Positions 48,001 through 58,916 of a stretch of DNA of 64,000 nucleotides are shown in pieces. The stretch's first letter is position 1, and the number at the start of each line of letters is the position of its first letter. Made by a program: the position numbers and the translations under genes. Source of the DNA: Isurus oxyrinchus (lineage: Eukaryota); the NCBI GenBank assembly GCA_026770705.1, contig JANJGN010000052.1, positions 682,001-746,000 on the forward strand, given 5' to 3'. The notes under the pieces are model-generated. The model was not told the origin of the DNA. It was given only the letters and a program-made list of their open reading frames with translations, and did no database searches.

Positions 48001-51000
48001 CCTCCAATTCCGGAATCTTGACCATCACCAGATGCTATCGCTCCAAAATTGGCGGCCGTGCCTTCTGTTGCCTGGGACCCTAAGCTCTGGAATTCCCACC
48101 CAAATCCTCTCCCTATCTCTCTCTCTCTCTGTCTCTTTGTCTCTTTCTCTCTATCTCTCCATAACACCGACCTCTTTTGGTCAGCTGTCGCTAATATCGC
48201 CACATGTGTCTGGGTGACATACTTTGTTTTATGACGCTCCTGTGTAGCACCTTGGGGTGATTGGTCATGTTAAAGTTGTTGTGTAAATATAAGTTGTTGC
48301 CCTTTGACCCTCGACCCCAGATCGAGTCTTATTTTTGAGGGAATGTACAACCTCCTTAGATTTCTGACCAAAATGTCATTTGATTATTTTTATTGAGCGA
48401 ATGCCAAGCCCCGATACCGAGCGAGAGCCTCCTCATTTGCTGAGTTTAAGGTGATGAGTCAGCCCCTTAGTCCGTAGAGGGGATTCTCCTGGGTAATGTG
48501 CAGCCTTGTTTGTGTCTCTCCACAAGCGCATGAGGGGTTTGTACAGAGGCTGCAGCGCTGGAGGGGGTCTGCACAGGGGTCCTGGCCTGTCCTGAGCCAG
48601 TTTTAGCAAGGACTACTCTGGCCTTGGCAGCTGAAAGCCAGCCATTGGACAGACGGGGCCTGTCACAAGGAGCCTGTTAGTCACTCCCCCCCGTGTCTCC
48701 TGTGCTCGGATCCAGACCATGTTGGCTGGTGGATCTGGCTCAGGAAGGGTCCTCCCCATGGGACCCCCAGATGGAAGGTGGGTCGAGCGGGTCATTCACT
48801 TGCATGTTTATTCTGCAGCTTTAATATTTTAAGAAGGTAAGAATGTAGGAACATAAGAAATAGGAACAGGAGCAGGCCATTCGGCCCCTCGAGCCTGCTC
48901 TCGCTGATCTGGTTGTGGCCTTAACTCCATTTTCCTGCCTGTCCCCCAAACCCTTGACTCCCTTGTCGATCAAAAACCTGCCTCACTCAGCCTTGAGTTT
49001 ATTCAATGGCCCAGTCTCCACTGCTCTCTGGGGAAGGGAATTCCACAGGCTAGCGCCCCTCTGAGAGAGGAAATTCCTCCTCATCTCAGTCTTAAATGGG
49101 AAAGCCCTCATTCCGAAACTGTGCTCCCTGGTTCTAGATTCCCCCACGAGGGGGAAACATCCTCCCAGCATCCACCCTGTCAAGCCCCCTCGGAATCGGA
49201 TATGTTTCAATAAGGTCACCACTCATTCTTCTAAACTCCAATGGATACAGGCCCAACCTGCTCAACATTTCCTCACAGGACAAACCCTTTAATCCCAGGA
49301 ATCAGCCCAGTGAAGTTTCTCTGAACTGCCTGTACACAATGATCCTGTTACAATCTCACCAACGCCCTGTGCAGCTGTTGCAAGACTTCCCTCCTTTTAT
49401 ACTCCATCCCTTTGCAATAAAGGCCAACATTCCACTTGCCTTCCTCATTCCGTGGTGTTCCTGAATGCTGACTTTCTGTGATTCATGTACCAGGACACCC
49501 AGATCCCTCTGTACTGCATTCTGCAGCCTCTCTCCATTTTAATAATATTCTGTTTTACTATTCTTCCTGCCAAAATAATTTGTTGCCATTCTCCTCAGTA
49601 TTGACCATCCTCCAAATTCAGCCACATCTGTAAATATCGGGTTCAGTGGATCCACAAACCATCCAGAGTTAAATATTGATATTTCTCTCCCCAGCTGAAC
49701 CCTCACAAGAGTGGAAAGGTGACACTCCACGAGAGGTGACAGCTCAGAAAGGTTCGTGTGTACAGATTCCATGTCATTACAGTTATCCATTGTGTCTGGA
49801 AAACCAACCGCGAGGTGGAGTCTGGTTTAATAATGAGGAATGGAGAACATCGTCTATAGCCTTTCACTCCAAGGATCACAGTCATGAGTTACCACGTTTC
49901 CACCATCGGACCCGGCTGTCTGGAGACCTGAAAGATGGCGACTGTTCCCTGATTATAAACAACATCAGATGGGGAGATGCAGGACCTTATTTTTTCAGAA
50001 TAGAATTTGACAGCGGAAATAGATACAGCTACTATCCTGTAACCCAGCTTCATGTTTCTGGTAAGTGCTGTGTTATAATTACTCAACAATTCACATTCAA
50101 CACTCAATGGGAAATAACACAAACTGTGCCGTTTACATATTAACACAAAACACAGCTTATTATAACACACTGTCTGATTCTCAATAACCTGGTGATAGCT
50201 TCCAGTTCAGTCCTAAAGCAACATCTAATACTCACTTTAATATCAATGATTAAATGTATTGACTGTGTCCATCAGTGTTATCAGGTTATCCACTCGCACC
50301 GATCTCTCTAATCCTGTCTCGAAGTCTGACATATCGATAGAAGAAATATTCACATTTCTATAGCACATTTCACCATCTCAGCATGGACCAAATCACTTCA
50401 CAGCCAATGAGCTGATTCCTGAATTGTAGTTACTGTTGTAAAGTGGGAAACACAGCAGCCAATTTGTGCACAGCAATCTCCCACAAATTGCAAAGTAATA
50501 AATGGCCCAGATTGCTGAGGGACTGATGGGGTAGTGCACTCCAAACTCTGGTCTGCTCCACCACCCTCACCCACTATTATCAGTTCAAGTGTCTCGGAGT
50601 GAACGTGTATTAAGCTGAGAGACAGAAACACCAAAGTCTCAAAGCAGGAAATTCTCTCCTGATCGTTGTAACCTCTCAGTTCTGATATCATCCTTGTAAA
50701 AGTGCTTTCTCTTGTGGGACTGTGATTTCTATTTGAACTGATGCTTCACGTTATATTTCTCTAAAAGGATCCATTCTCTGTCTGTTAGATTTCACAGATA
50801 AACCCACGATATTCCCTGCTGAAATTATTGCAGGAAAGCGTATGGATGTAAGCTGCACCTTCAACACAACGTGCAATGGAACAGCAGCACCTGTCTTAAC
50901 CTGGGACACTCCCACTGACGTACCTGGATCAGTCTCAAACACTGTAACTCAGCATGGTGTCACTCTGACCTATACTTCTGTTCTGACCCTGATCCCATCA

Positions 51001-54000
51001 CTCAAACACCACGGACACACTCTCAGCTGCAGAGTGAGATATCCATCTGTTTCATCGGAGCAGACCCTCGTACTAACTGTGCAATGTAAGTTGAGATATC
51101 CTTCATTCTACATCAGCACTCCCTCAGCGCTGACCCTCTGACAGTGCAGCCTGTTCTCAGTGTCCACATTCTCATTCCTCTCAAAGTGCTTCACAGTCGA
51201 TAGAAATTAACTGATCTTTATTTGATTACTGCTGAATGAAGAGACAAGCTGTCTTAACTTTACACCTCGCACACATTATTTTCCATGGCAACACCTCCTC
51301 CAATCAGTGACCACTTGCCAACCAATCAGCACTCTCTTCCCATCAAGTATAAATTGTTGTTCACTTTCTGTTGGTAAAACTGCGATCTGTCTGTTGAGTC
51401 CTGCCCTGACATCTGAATATCACAATGAACAGAACAAGTTCCAACAATGAGCTGTGGTTGGTGATTCCTTACGTTACATCCGGGGACACTGGAGACTATC
51501 AGTGTGTGGCAGAGAATGAACATGGACCAGTGGATGGGCTCATAACCATCACTGTGGAACGTGAGTGGACACAGACTTCAACATCTCTCTCAGATTGAAT
51601 CATGACACAAACACACACAAATATACAGACCTAAATAGACACCTGCAGACACACAATCCCACATGTATGAGCACACACAATGACACACTCACAAACTAAC
51701 ACACTCAAACACATCTCCCCCGTGGGTTACCTGACCTCCATCAGTGCTGCATCGGAGAGTTGACGTAGATTCTGGGATTTGTGTTCCCATTCATATTTCT
51801 GGAAGAACATGGAAATTGCAAATTCTATTAGACACTCAGATGCACAGAGATACTTACAGATACTGATTGCCTCTCCAACTCTCTCTCTCCCTTGAAGAAT
51901 CTTCTTCAAACCAAACCCTTTGACCAGGCATCTGTCCCAACTCCTCCTTCTGTGAATCTGTGTGAAATATTGTTTGAGTATCTGAGAGTAAGAGAGAGGT
52001 GGAGAGGTTTAGGAAGGGAATTCCTGTTGGTGAAAAGCTTACATCATGTTCCCACCTTTCCAGAGCCCATTTTGCACATGATGTCCAATATCCCTGTTCA
52101 TCATGGGGATTGCCTATGTAAACATCACGCTGTAGTTACACTCTCCTACCAGTGGTGGCACGGTAGCACTTAACCCTTGCATCTCCCAGATTTTCAAGCA
52201 ATTTCACTTCCCAATTTGCTACTACTCACCTCAACCACTCCCTGTGGGAGCGAGTTCCACATTCTCCCCTCTCTCTGGGTAAAGATTGGAACTGTTTATT
52301 AAGCGGGGGGTGTAAGTCCGTGGGGGAGTCCATCTCGATCCTGCCCGATTCGCACACGCGTCCGAGATGGATTTCCATCTTGCACTAAGAAAAGTGTTGA
52401 CGTTTCGAGTCCTCATGACCTCAGTTCTGTCGAAGGGTCATGAGGACTCGAAACATCAACTCTTTTCTTCTCCCCCGAAGCTGCCAGACCTGTTGAGTTA
52501 TTCTTAGCTGATGCTCGCTATCAATAACCAAGAGAGACCGACATTAGAACAAGCTGATTATTTATTGTAACAGAGGGCAGAGCACTAAATCCTTGCCTGC
52601 TCCCACAGCCACCTCCAGCTCTAGACTTACAGTTAACCAGTGGCCCACACTGTCCAGTGATTGGTCAGTACTGTCACATGGTTTATCCACTTGTATTCTC
52701 TTAAAGGTACCTGGCACTCCACATTATCACAGGAGGCCTATAGTACACACATAACAGCATGTTTGCCTCCTCAGCACTGACCCTTCTACAGTGCAGCACT
52801 CCCTCATTACTGACTCTCTAATAGTGTAATGATCCCTCAGTAGTGCTCCTCCAACATTGCACTGGTCAATCAGAACTGACGCTCTGACTGTGCAGTTTTA
52901 TCTCAGCAGTAACCCTCCTACAGTGCAGTGCTCCCACAGTACTGTCCCTCCTACAGTGCAGCACTCCCTCAGGACTGACCCTCTGACAGTGCAGCACTCC
53001 CTCAGTACTGACCCTCTGACAGTGCAGCACGCCCTCAGTACTGACTCTCTGACAGTGCAGCACTCCCTCAGTACTGACCCTCTGACAGTGCAGCACGCCC
53101 TCAATACTGAACTGAAGTGTCTGCCTGGATTACGGGCTATGTGGTGAAAGAACCTACATTGACATCACACCTTTCACATTCTCAGTGTCTTTCAAAGTGC
53201 TTCACAGTCAGTGTAAGTTAACTGATCTGTATTTGTTTTTAGACGCTCCACGGAATCTCTCAATTACTTCTCCAGATATGATTAACGCTTCATCAATCAG
53301 TATAATTGAGTGGAATTCTGCAGTGATAATCTGCTCTGTCGAGAGCTCCCCAGCTTCTAACCTGATGTGGCGACATCTTAATGTCCCAATGAACAGAACA
53401 AGTTCCAACAATGAGCTGTGGTTGGTGATTCCTCATGTTACATCCAGGGACACTGGAGAATATCAGTGTGTGGCAGAGAATGAACATGGAGCAGTGGAGG
53501 GGTTCATAACCATCACTGTGGAATGTGAGTGTACACAGACTTTAAAATTTCTCTCATCTCCAAACACATATACTCAGATGCTCTCCCACACACACACACA
53601 AGCACTCACAAATGTACAGACCCAAAGTGCATGCACACACACAATCCCACACTCATGAGCACACAGAAAGACACACTCACACACTAACACAGTAGTACAC
53701 ACTCCCCTGTGAGTTACCTGACCTCCCTCAGTACTGCACTGGAGAGTTCTCCTGGATTCTGGGATTTGTGTTCCCATTCATATTTATCGAAGAATATCCA
53801 AATTACAAAGTCTATTCCAGAAACTCACATGCACAAAGATTCCAACAGATACTCCCCACCTCTCCGTGTATCTCTCCCCTCCTTTAAGAAGCTTCCTAAT
53901 CCCTCACTCTTGCCTGTCCTAACTCCTCCTTATAATGCCCTGTGTCAAATTTTTTGTGTATCTGAGAGAAAGGGAGCGATAAGGAAGTTTAGGAAGGGAT

Positions 54001-55368
54001 TTCCTGTTAGTGAAAAGCTTACTTCATTTTCTCACCTTTCCAGTGTTCAGTTTTGCCATCATGTCCAATGACCCTATTTATAATGGGGGCATCCTATGTA
54101 AACGTCACACTGTCTTTACATCCTCCCACCAGTGGTGGCACTGTGGTGCTTAACCTTGCACCTCCCAGCTTTTCAGCCAACTTCACTTCACAATTTGCTA
54201 CACATGCTGTAAGGTCATCAAAATTAACTTATATATCAAATGGTAGATTTGATAATACAGTTTATTGAAAGGTTCATCCGCGCTCTGGGAAGGGTTTACA
54301 CTCTCCAGGAAGCAGGAATAGGCTGGATGTTGGGGAGTTCATCTTTTCCCAGAGAGTCGGGATCTTCGGGAATGTGCTGTCAGTGGGTGTGGTGGTTGCT
54401 GTTTCTCTGTTGCCTTCAAGAGGGATCTGGAGTGGTTACTAACTGGGGGAGAGATCATGGAAGCAGAGAATGGTACAGCACAGGAGGAGGCCATTCAGCC
54501 CATTGAGCCTGTGCCAGGTCTTTCAATGTTCTATCCAATCAGATCCACTAACCACCACTCCACTTTGCCCCCATCTTCTTCCTTCAAGTGTTTATCCAAT
54601 TTCCCTTTTGAAAGTTCCTATTGAATCTGCTTCCACCGCCCTTTCAGGCAGCACCTTCCAGATCACAACAACTCGCTCTGTCAAAACAAATTCTCCTCAT
54701 CTCCCCCTCCAGTTGGTCAATCTGTGTCCCTCTGGTTACCGACCCTCCTGCCCCTTAAATACATCGATACTGTTCACCTCAACCACTCCCTGTGGGAGTG
54801 AGTTCCACATTCTCCCCTCTATCTGGGTAAAGATTGGAACTGTTTATTAAGCGGGGGGTGTAACTCCGTGGGGGAGTCCATCTCGATCCTGCCCGATTCG
54901 CACACACGTCCGAGATGGATTTCCACCCTGCACTAAACGTTTCCAGAATTTTCTACAGCACAATCCTGTACACAGCGATGGAGAGAAACATTGGACAGGG
55001 AGTCCAACAGCACAATGATCCATTCTCACCAATGTTCCACGCTAAGGGGAAAGTTCCGATTGTCCACTCTTAGAGTGTTTACAATGAAAACATTCATTCC
55101 ACATTGAATCCCAGTGGATGGGTCAATATTACAGCAAATGTTGCAGTGATATGAAGCTTGATTGTTCAGCCAGAGTGAGAGATTGAAAGCGGAGAGTCAG
55201 TGATGATTTCTTTCTGTGTGTTCTCTAGACAGTGGAGGAGAGATTCTGCACGTGATCCTGATCCTGGGAATACAAGCTGTGATATTCCTTGTGGCTGTGG
55301 TTATCACTATCGCTGGAGTCTGTGTCTGGGAGAGACAAACAGTGAAAGGAAGTCGACAGACTGTTTGA
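39059..55368 (+). CDS. Gene D: Siglec-like receptor with two V-set domains and a short tail; join(39059-39098,45324-45692,49695-50060,50789-51085,53243-53524,55229-55368), ~497 aa
   Basis: All introns phase 1 with AG/GT; no promoter or leader copy between the two V exons; TM followed by 12 residues and a stop. Confidence 0.8.
40100..42940 (-). mobile_element. Degenerate Ty3/Gypsy LTR retrotransposon internal region with a nested SINE (40625-40945, plus)
   Basis: Protease KIDTGAS; integrase HGH..WPGMNNDL..CQE and TTSSPHYPRSNSLAE*MMHTVK. Confidence 0.8.
43392..45230 (-). mobile_element. LTR-like elements upstream of V1
   Basis: TG...CA-bounded segment to ~44646; 44930-45070 is reverse-complement-similar to 19960-20100; partly shared with 62342-63240. 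Confidence 0.45.
45324..45692 (+). CDS. Gene D V1 exon (essential Arg replaced by Thr)
   Basis: KGSCVQIPC, GDCSLII, GPYFFTIKF with ACG at 45629-45631; 369 nt, phase 1-1. Confidence 0.9.
45870..48300 (+). mobile_element. L2-type LINE with an internal ~37-bp CT-rich satellite (~46925-47990)
   Basis: ETALIKVTNGIL..LLVLLDLSAAFD.LDH; DPQLYL; LQLNIGKTEAI. Confidence 0.88.
48850..49590 (-). mobile_element. CR1 LINE 3' end
   Basis: FPLVGESRTREH..FKTEMRRNFLSQR..LWNSLPQ on minus. Confidence 0.88.
49695..50060 (+). CDS. Gene D V2 exon (essential Arg present, extra Cys)
   Basis: AEPSQEW..PCHYSYPLCLEN..GPYFFRIEF with AGA at 49997-49999; 366 nt; near-identical to gene A V. Confidence 0.9.
50789..51085 (+). 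CDS. Gene D C2 (Siglec domain-2 type) exon
   Basis: 297 nt, near-identical to 6487-6783. Confidence 0.9.
51408..51560 (+). pseudogene. 3' half of a C2 repeat exon (5' half and acceptor lost)
   Basis: MNRTSSNNELWLVIP..DYQCVAENEHG with donor; downstream intron duplicated after 53524. Confidence 0.85.
52388..52503. mobile_element. Minimal palindromic Penelope-terminus insertion
   Basis: GTTGACGTTTCGAGTCCTCATGACC ... GGTCATGAGGACTCGAAACATCAAC inverted arms. Confidence 0.7.
53243..53524 (+). CDS. Gene D C2 repeat-type exon
   Basis: 282 nt, phase 1-1, open, both Cys. Confidence 0.85.
55229..55368 (+). CDS. Gene D transmembrane and short-tail exon
   Basis: ttctctag|(Y)SGGEILHVILILGIQAVIFLVAVVITIAGVCVWERQTVKGSRQTV*; phase 1. 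Confidence 0.8.
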
Positions 55369-55479
55369 AGCTTTGTACAGCAACAATCTGGTCAGTCAGT
55401 GCGGACAAATAACGTGTGATGTTGGGTTAAGTTGTAATGAAACTGGTCAGTGTCCTGGTTAGAATCACCTTCGTATCAG

Positions 55480-56075
55480 AGAGGCATTCCAGCACAGTGG
55501 GAGCCCATTCAGCCCATTGAGTCCATGCTGCCTCTCTGTAAAGCAATCCAGTCAGTCCCATTTCCCCCTCTCTATCCCCGTATCTCTGCAAGTTTATTTC
55601 CCCTCAAGTGTCCATCCAATTTCCTTTTGAAATCGTTCATCGTCTCCACTTCCACCATCCTCGTAGGCAGCGAGTTCCAGCTCATTACCACTCACTGTGT
55701 AAAAAAGTTCCTCCTCACATCCCCCCTCTGCCCAAAACCTTCAATCTGTGTCCCCCAGTCCTTGTACCATCAGCTAATGGCAACAGCTTCTCTTTGTCTG
55801 CCTTATCTAAACCCATCATCATCTCTTACACCTCGATCAGATCCCCCCTCAATCTCCTTTGCTCCAAGGAGAACAACCCCAGCTTCTCCAACCCAACCTT
55901 GTAGCTAAAATCCCTCATCCCTGGACCCATTCTGCTCAATCTCCTCCCCACCCTCTCAAGGACCCTCACTTCCTTCCCAAAGTGAGGAGACCAGAACTGG
56001 ACACAATACTCTAGTTGTGACCTAACCAGAGCTTTATAAATGTTCAGCATAACCTCCCTGTGTTTGTTCTCAATC
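55480..56075 (-). mobile_element. CR1 LINE 3' end
   Basis: YKALVRSQLEYCVQFWSPH..RRLRGDLIEV on minus. Confidence 0.88.
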
Positions 56076-56446
56076 CCTCGATTTATGAAAAGCTTATTCT
56101 TTCCATCAGCACAAACAGCAATTTCCAAGCGGACTCCCATCAGCAGACAGAGTGCAATGAAACATCGGCATGCCTGCTTCTTAATGTACGGAGAGAAACC
56201 TGCAACGAGAGATTCTCCTTCTTCTCCTCAGCAAGCTGAAACTTTTCCTTATACCTGGTGCTCCCCAGTCCTGCTGTGTGGACACATCATAACCACGGCA
56301 TTGTCTGGCTGTGTGCAGCCAACATGGTCGAATAGGAATGAACAGAAATGTGACGTTGCTAAACTCTGTTCTCTGATTGGAATGTGCTTTCTGAATGCTG
56401 CACCTTTTTCATGCTGCGATAGATTGTAAGAAGCATTTGGGTTATG

Positions 56447-56452
56447 AATAAA
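56447..56452 (+). terminator. Candidate polyadenylation signal of gene D
   Basis: AATAAA in a block (56310-56670) homologous to the gene A 3' UTR (19175-19330 plus 21410-21610). Confidence 0.5.
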
Positions 56453-57179
56453 ATTACATTGATTTCCTCAAGTGATTAAAATGCTCAGCCTTTTCTGTAG
56501 ATATTTATAGATTAAAATTCTTATTTTGCAACCAAATTTTTGGCTCAAAGACATTACTTCATGTTGTCACATATTCTCTATCATATGAATTCCTGTGCCC
56601 ATCTTTATAATAAAAATTTCCCATGTAAACATGTCACATTGTAGTTGCACACTCCTGCCAGTGGTGGTGCCATTCCAAAGCTGTCTTGCTGCACCGACAC
56701 AGTGAGAAATATTCTCGACGTGTACATGATGTTGTTGTTACACGGACATCAGGCGGAACCTTGGGCAGTGCCTAGAATGCACTTAGGACAGTGCAGACCA
56801 TGCTCAGAACTGACAGTGCAGCGTTTCCTCAGTGCTGACCCTCCGTCAGTGCAGCGCTCCCTCATTACTGTCCCTCTGACAGTGCTGCACTACCTCATTA
56901 TTGACCCTTTTCAAGTGCAGCACCCCGTCAGCACTGACCTTCTGACAGTGCAGCACTCCCTCAGTACTCACCCACCCACAGTGCAGCATTCCCTCAGTAC
57001 TGATCCTCTGATACTTTATCCCTCCCTCACTACTGACCTTACGACAATTCAGCACTCCCTCAGTACTGATGCTCCCACAGTGCAGCACACCCTCAATTCT
57101 CACCCTCCCACAGTGCAGCCCTCCCTCTGTACACACCCTCCCACAGTGCAGCACACCCTCAGTACTCCCCCTCCCACAG

Positions 57180-58095
57180 TGCTGTGCGAGTTGTTTCAAT
57201 CAAGACTGGTGCCCAAAGAGGGAGGTTTCATTGCTAAATCATTGAAATAGTTGAAAATTATTTTTAGGCTTACGGGAACAAGACTTAGTTCCTCAAATCC
57301 TTTCTTTTGCAATAACACACAGTACAAGAATCTTTGTTTAAATAAATTCCAGTTAAACTTTGCCATGAAAGGATATATCCTCATGCTCCACTCTACCTCA
57401 GTACTAACCCTCCCACAGTCCGGCACACTCTCAATACTGACCCTCCAACTGTGCGGAACTCACTCAGTACAGACCCTCCGACAGTGCAGCACTCCCACAT
57501 TACTTACCCTCTGATAGTGCAGCACTCCCTCATTACTGACCCTCTGATGTTGCAGCACTCCCTCATTACTGACCCTCTGACAGTGCGGCCCTCCCACATT
57601 ACTGACCCTCTGACAGTGCAGCACTCCCTCAGTACTCACACTCCTACATTGCTGTGCGAGTTGTTTCAATTAAGACTGGTGCCCAAAGAGGCAGGTTTCA
57701 ATGCTAAATCATAGAAATCGTTGAAAATTATTTTTAGGCTCACGGGAACAAGACTTAGTTCCTCAAATCATTTCTTTTGCAATAACACACAGTACAAGAA
57801 TCTCTGTTTAAATAAATTCCAGTTAAACTTTGCCATGAAAGAATATCTCCTCACACTCCGCTCTACCTCAGTACTAACCCTCCCACAGTCCGGCACACCC
57901 TCAATACTGACCCTCCAACTGTGCGGAACTCATTCAGTACAGACCCTCCGACAGTGCAGCACTCCCACATTACTGACCCTCTGACAGTGCAGCCCTCCCA
58001 CATTACTGACCCTCTGATAGTGTAGCACTCCCTCATTACTGACCCTCCCACAGTGCAGCACTCCCACAGTAAAGTCATGCTGACAGTGCAGCACT
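57180..58095. repeat. ~470-bp tandem duplication embedded in 33-bp minisatellite
   Basis: 57180-57650 repeated at 57650-58095; ORFs 57251 and 57721 near-identical. Confidence 0.9.
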
Positions 58096-58325
58096 CACTC
58101 CGTAATGATCAGGGATCGTTGAAATGTATCATAGGGCCAGAGACCTGTATTGGGAACTCTTATCGCCTGAGTTTCATCCTCCGAGGTGAGGGGGAGGAGT
58201 CTAAACCCATGGAGCCAATGGAGAAGCTTGATGACTACAGCTGCCCAAATATGAGCTGACAGATCATCACATGGTAAACGTTTTGCTGAGAGCACAAAAC
58301 ATCCTCGATCTTCTCACTGGTTACC

Positions 58326-58466
58326 CACTTCCTCATTTTGTCTCACAGTGACACATCCACCCTTTCTAATTAAACACACAGAGGGGGCAGCACAGGAAGA
58401 GGTCATTCAGCCCAAGCAGAGCGTGTGGGCAGTTCCTCCCCAGGCGAGCAGTCGGACAGGTACTGG
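58326..58466 (+). promoter_or_regulatory. Promoter/exon 1 of gene E
   Basis: CACTTCCTCATTTT and conserved exon ending GG|GTAAGT. Confidence 0.65.
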
Positions 58467-58916
58467 GTAAGTAACAGAACGATTGGAATTCACTTCCACC
58501 ACCAACACCGTCCTTTGTTGTTGTTGTGACTTTATAAAGACAGATTCCAATGATTGATGCCTTTGAAAGATTTCTACTGGTTATTGAGATCTGGGTGTGA
58601 GACTCAAGTCTGTTGTACAGAACATCTTTCTAGCTCAAGGGATGAGGGAAGTGCAGAGACATGAGCTTGGGGACGTCCTGAGCTGGTGAAAGGTGCTATG
58701 GAAATGCAAGTCCTTCCTTGCTTTTCTTTCTTAAAGCCTTGTAACTCTCTGCAGAGCACCTATCATCCCACAGAGAATCAAATTAGTCTGTCAAGACATT
58801 GTCCAAAAGCAGTTCTGATCTCTTGAGAGCTGTCGGACAAGAGGTGAGGTCTCATTAACTCCTTTCTCTTTCAGAGTTTGAGTGTCAGAAGCTTATGAAA
58901 TATCTAGGAGTGGACA

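Noticed and set aside
55200-55412. ORF-track 70-aa frame over the gene D TM exon
   Set aside because: Wrong frame; the phase-1 frame from the 55228 acceptor gives the hydrophobic helix
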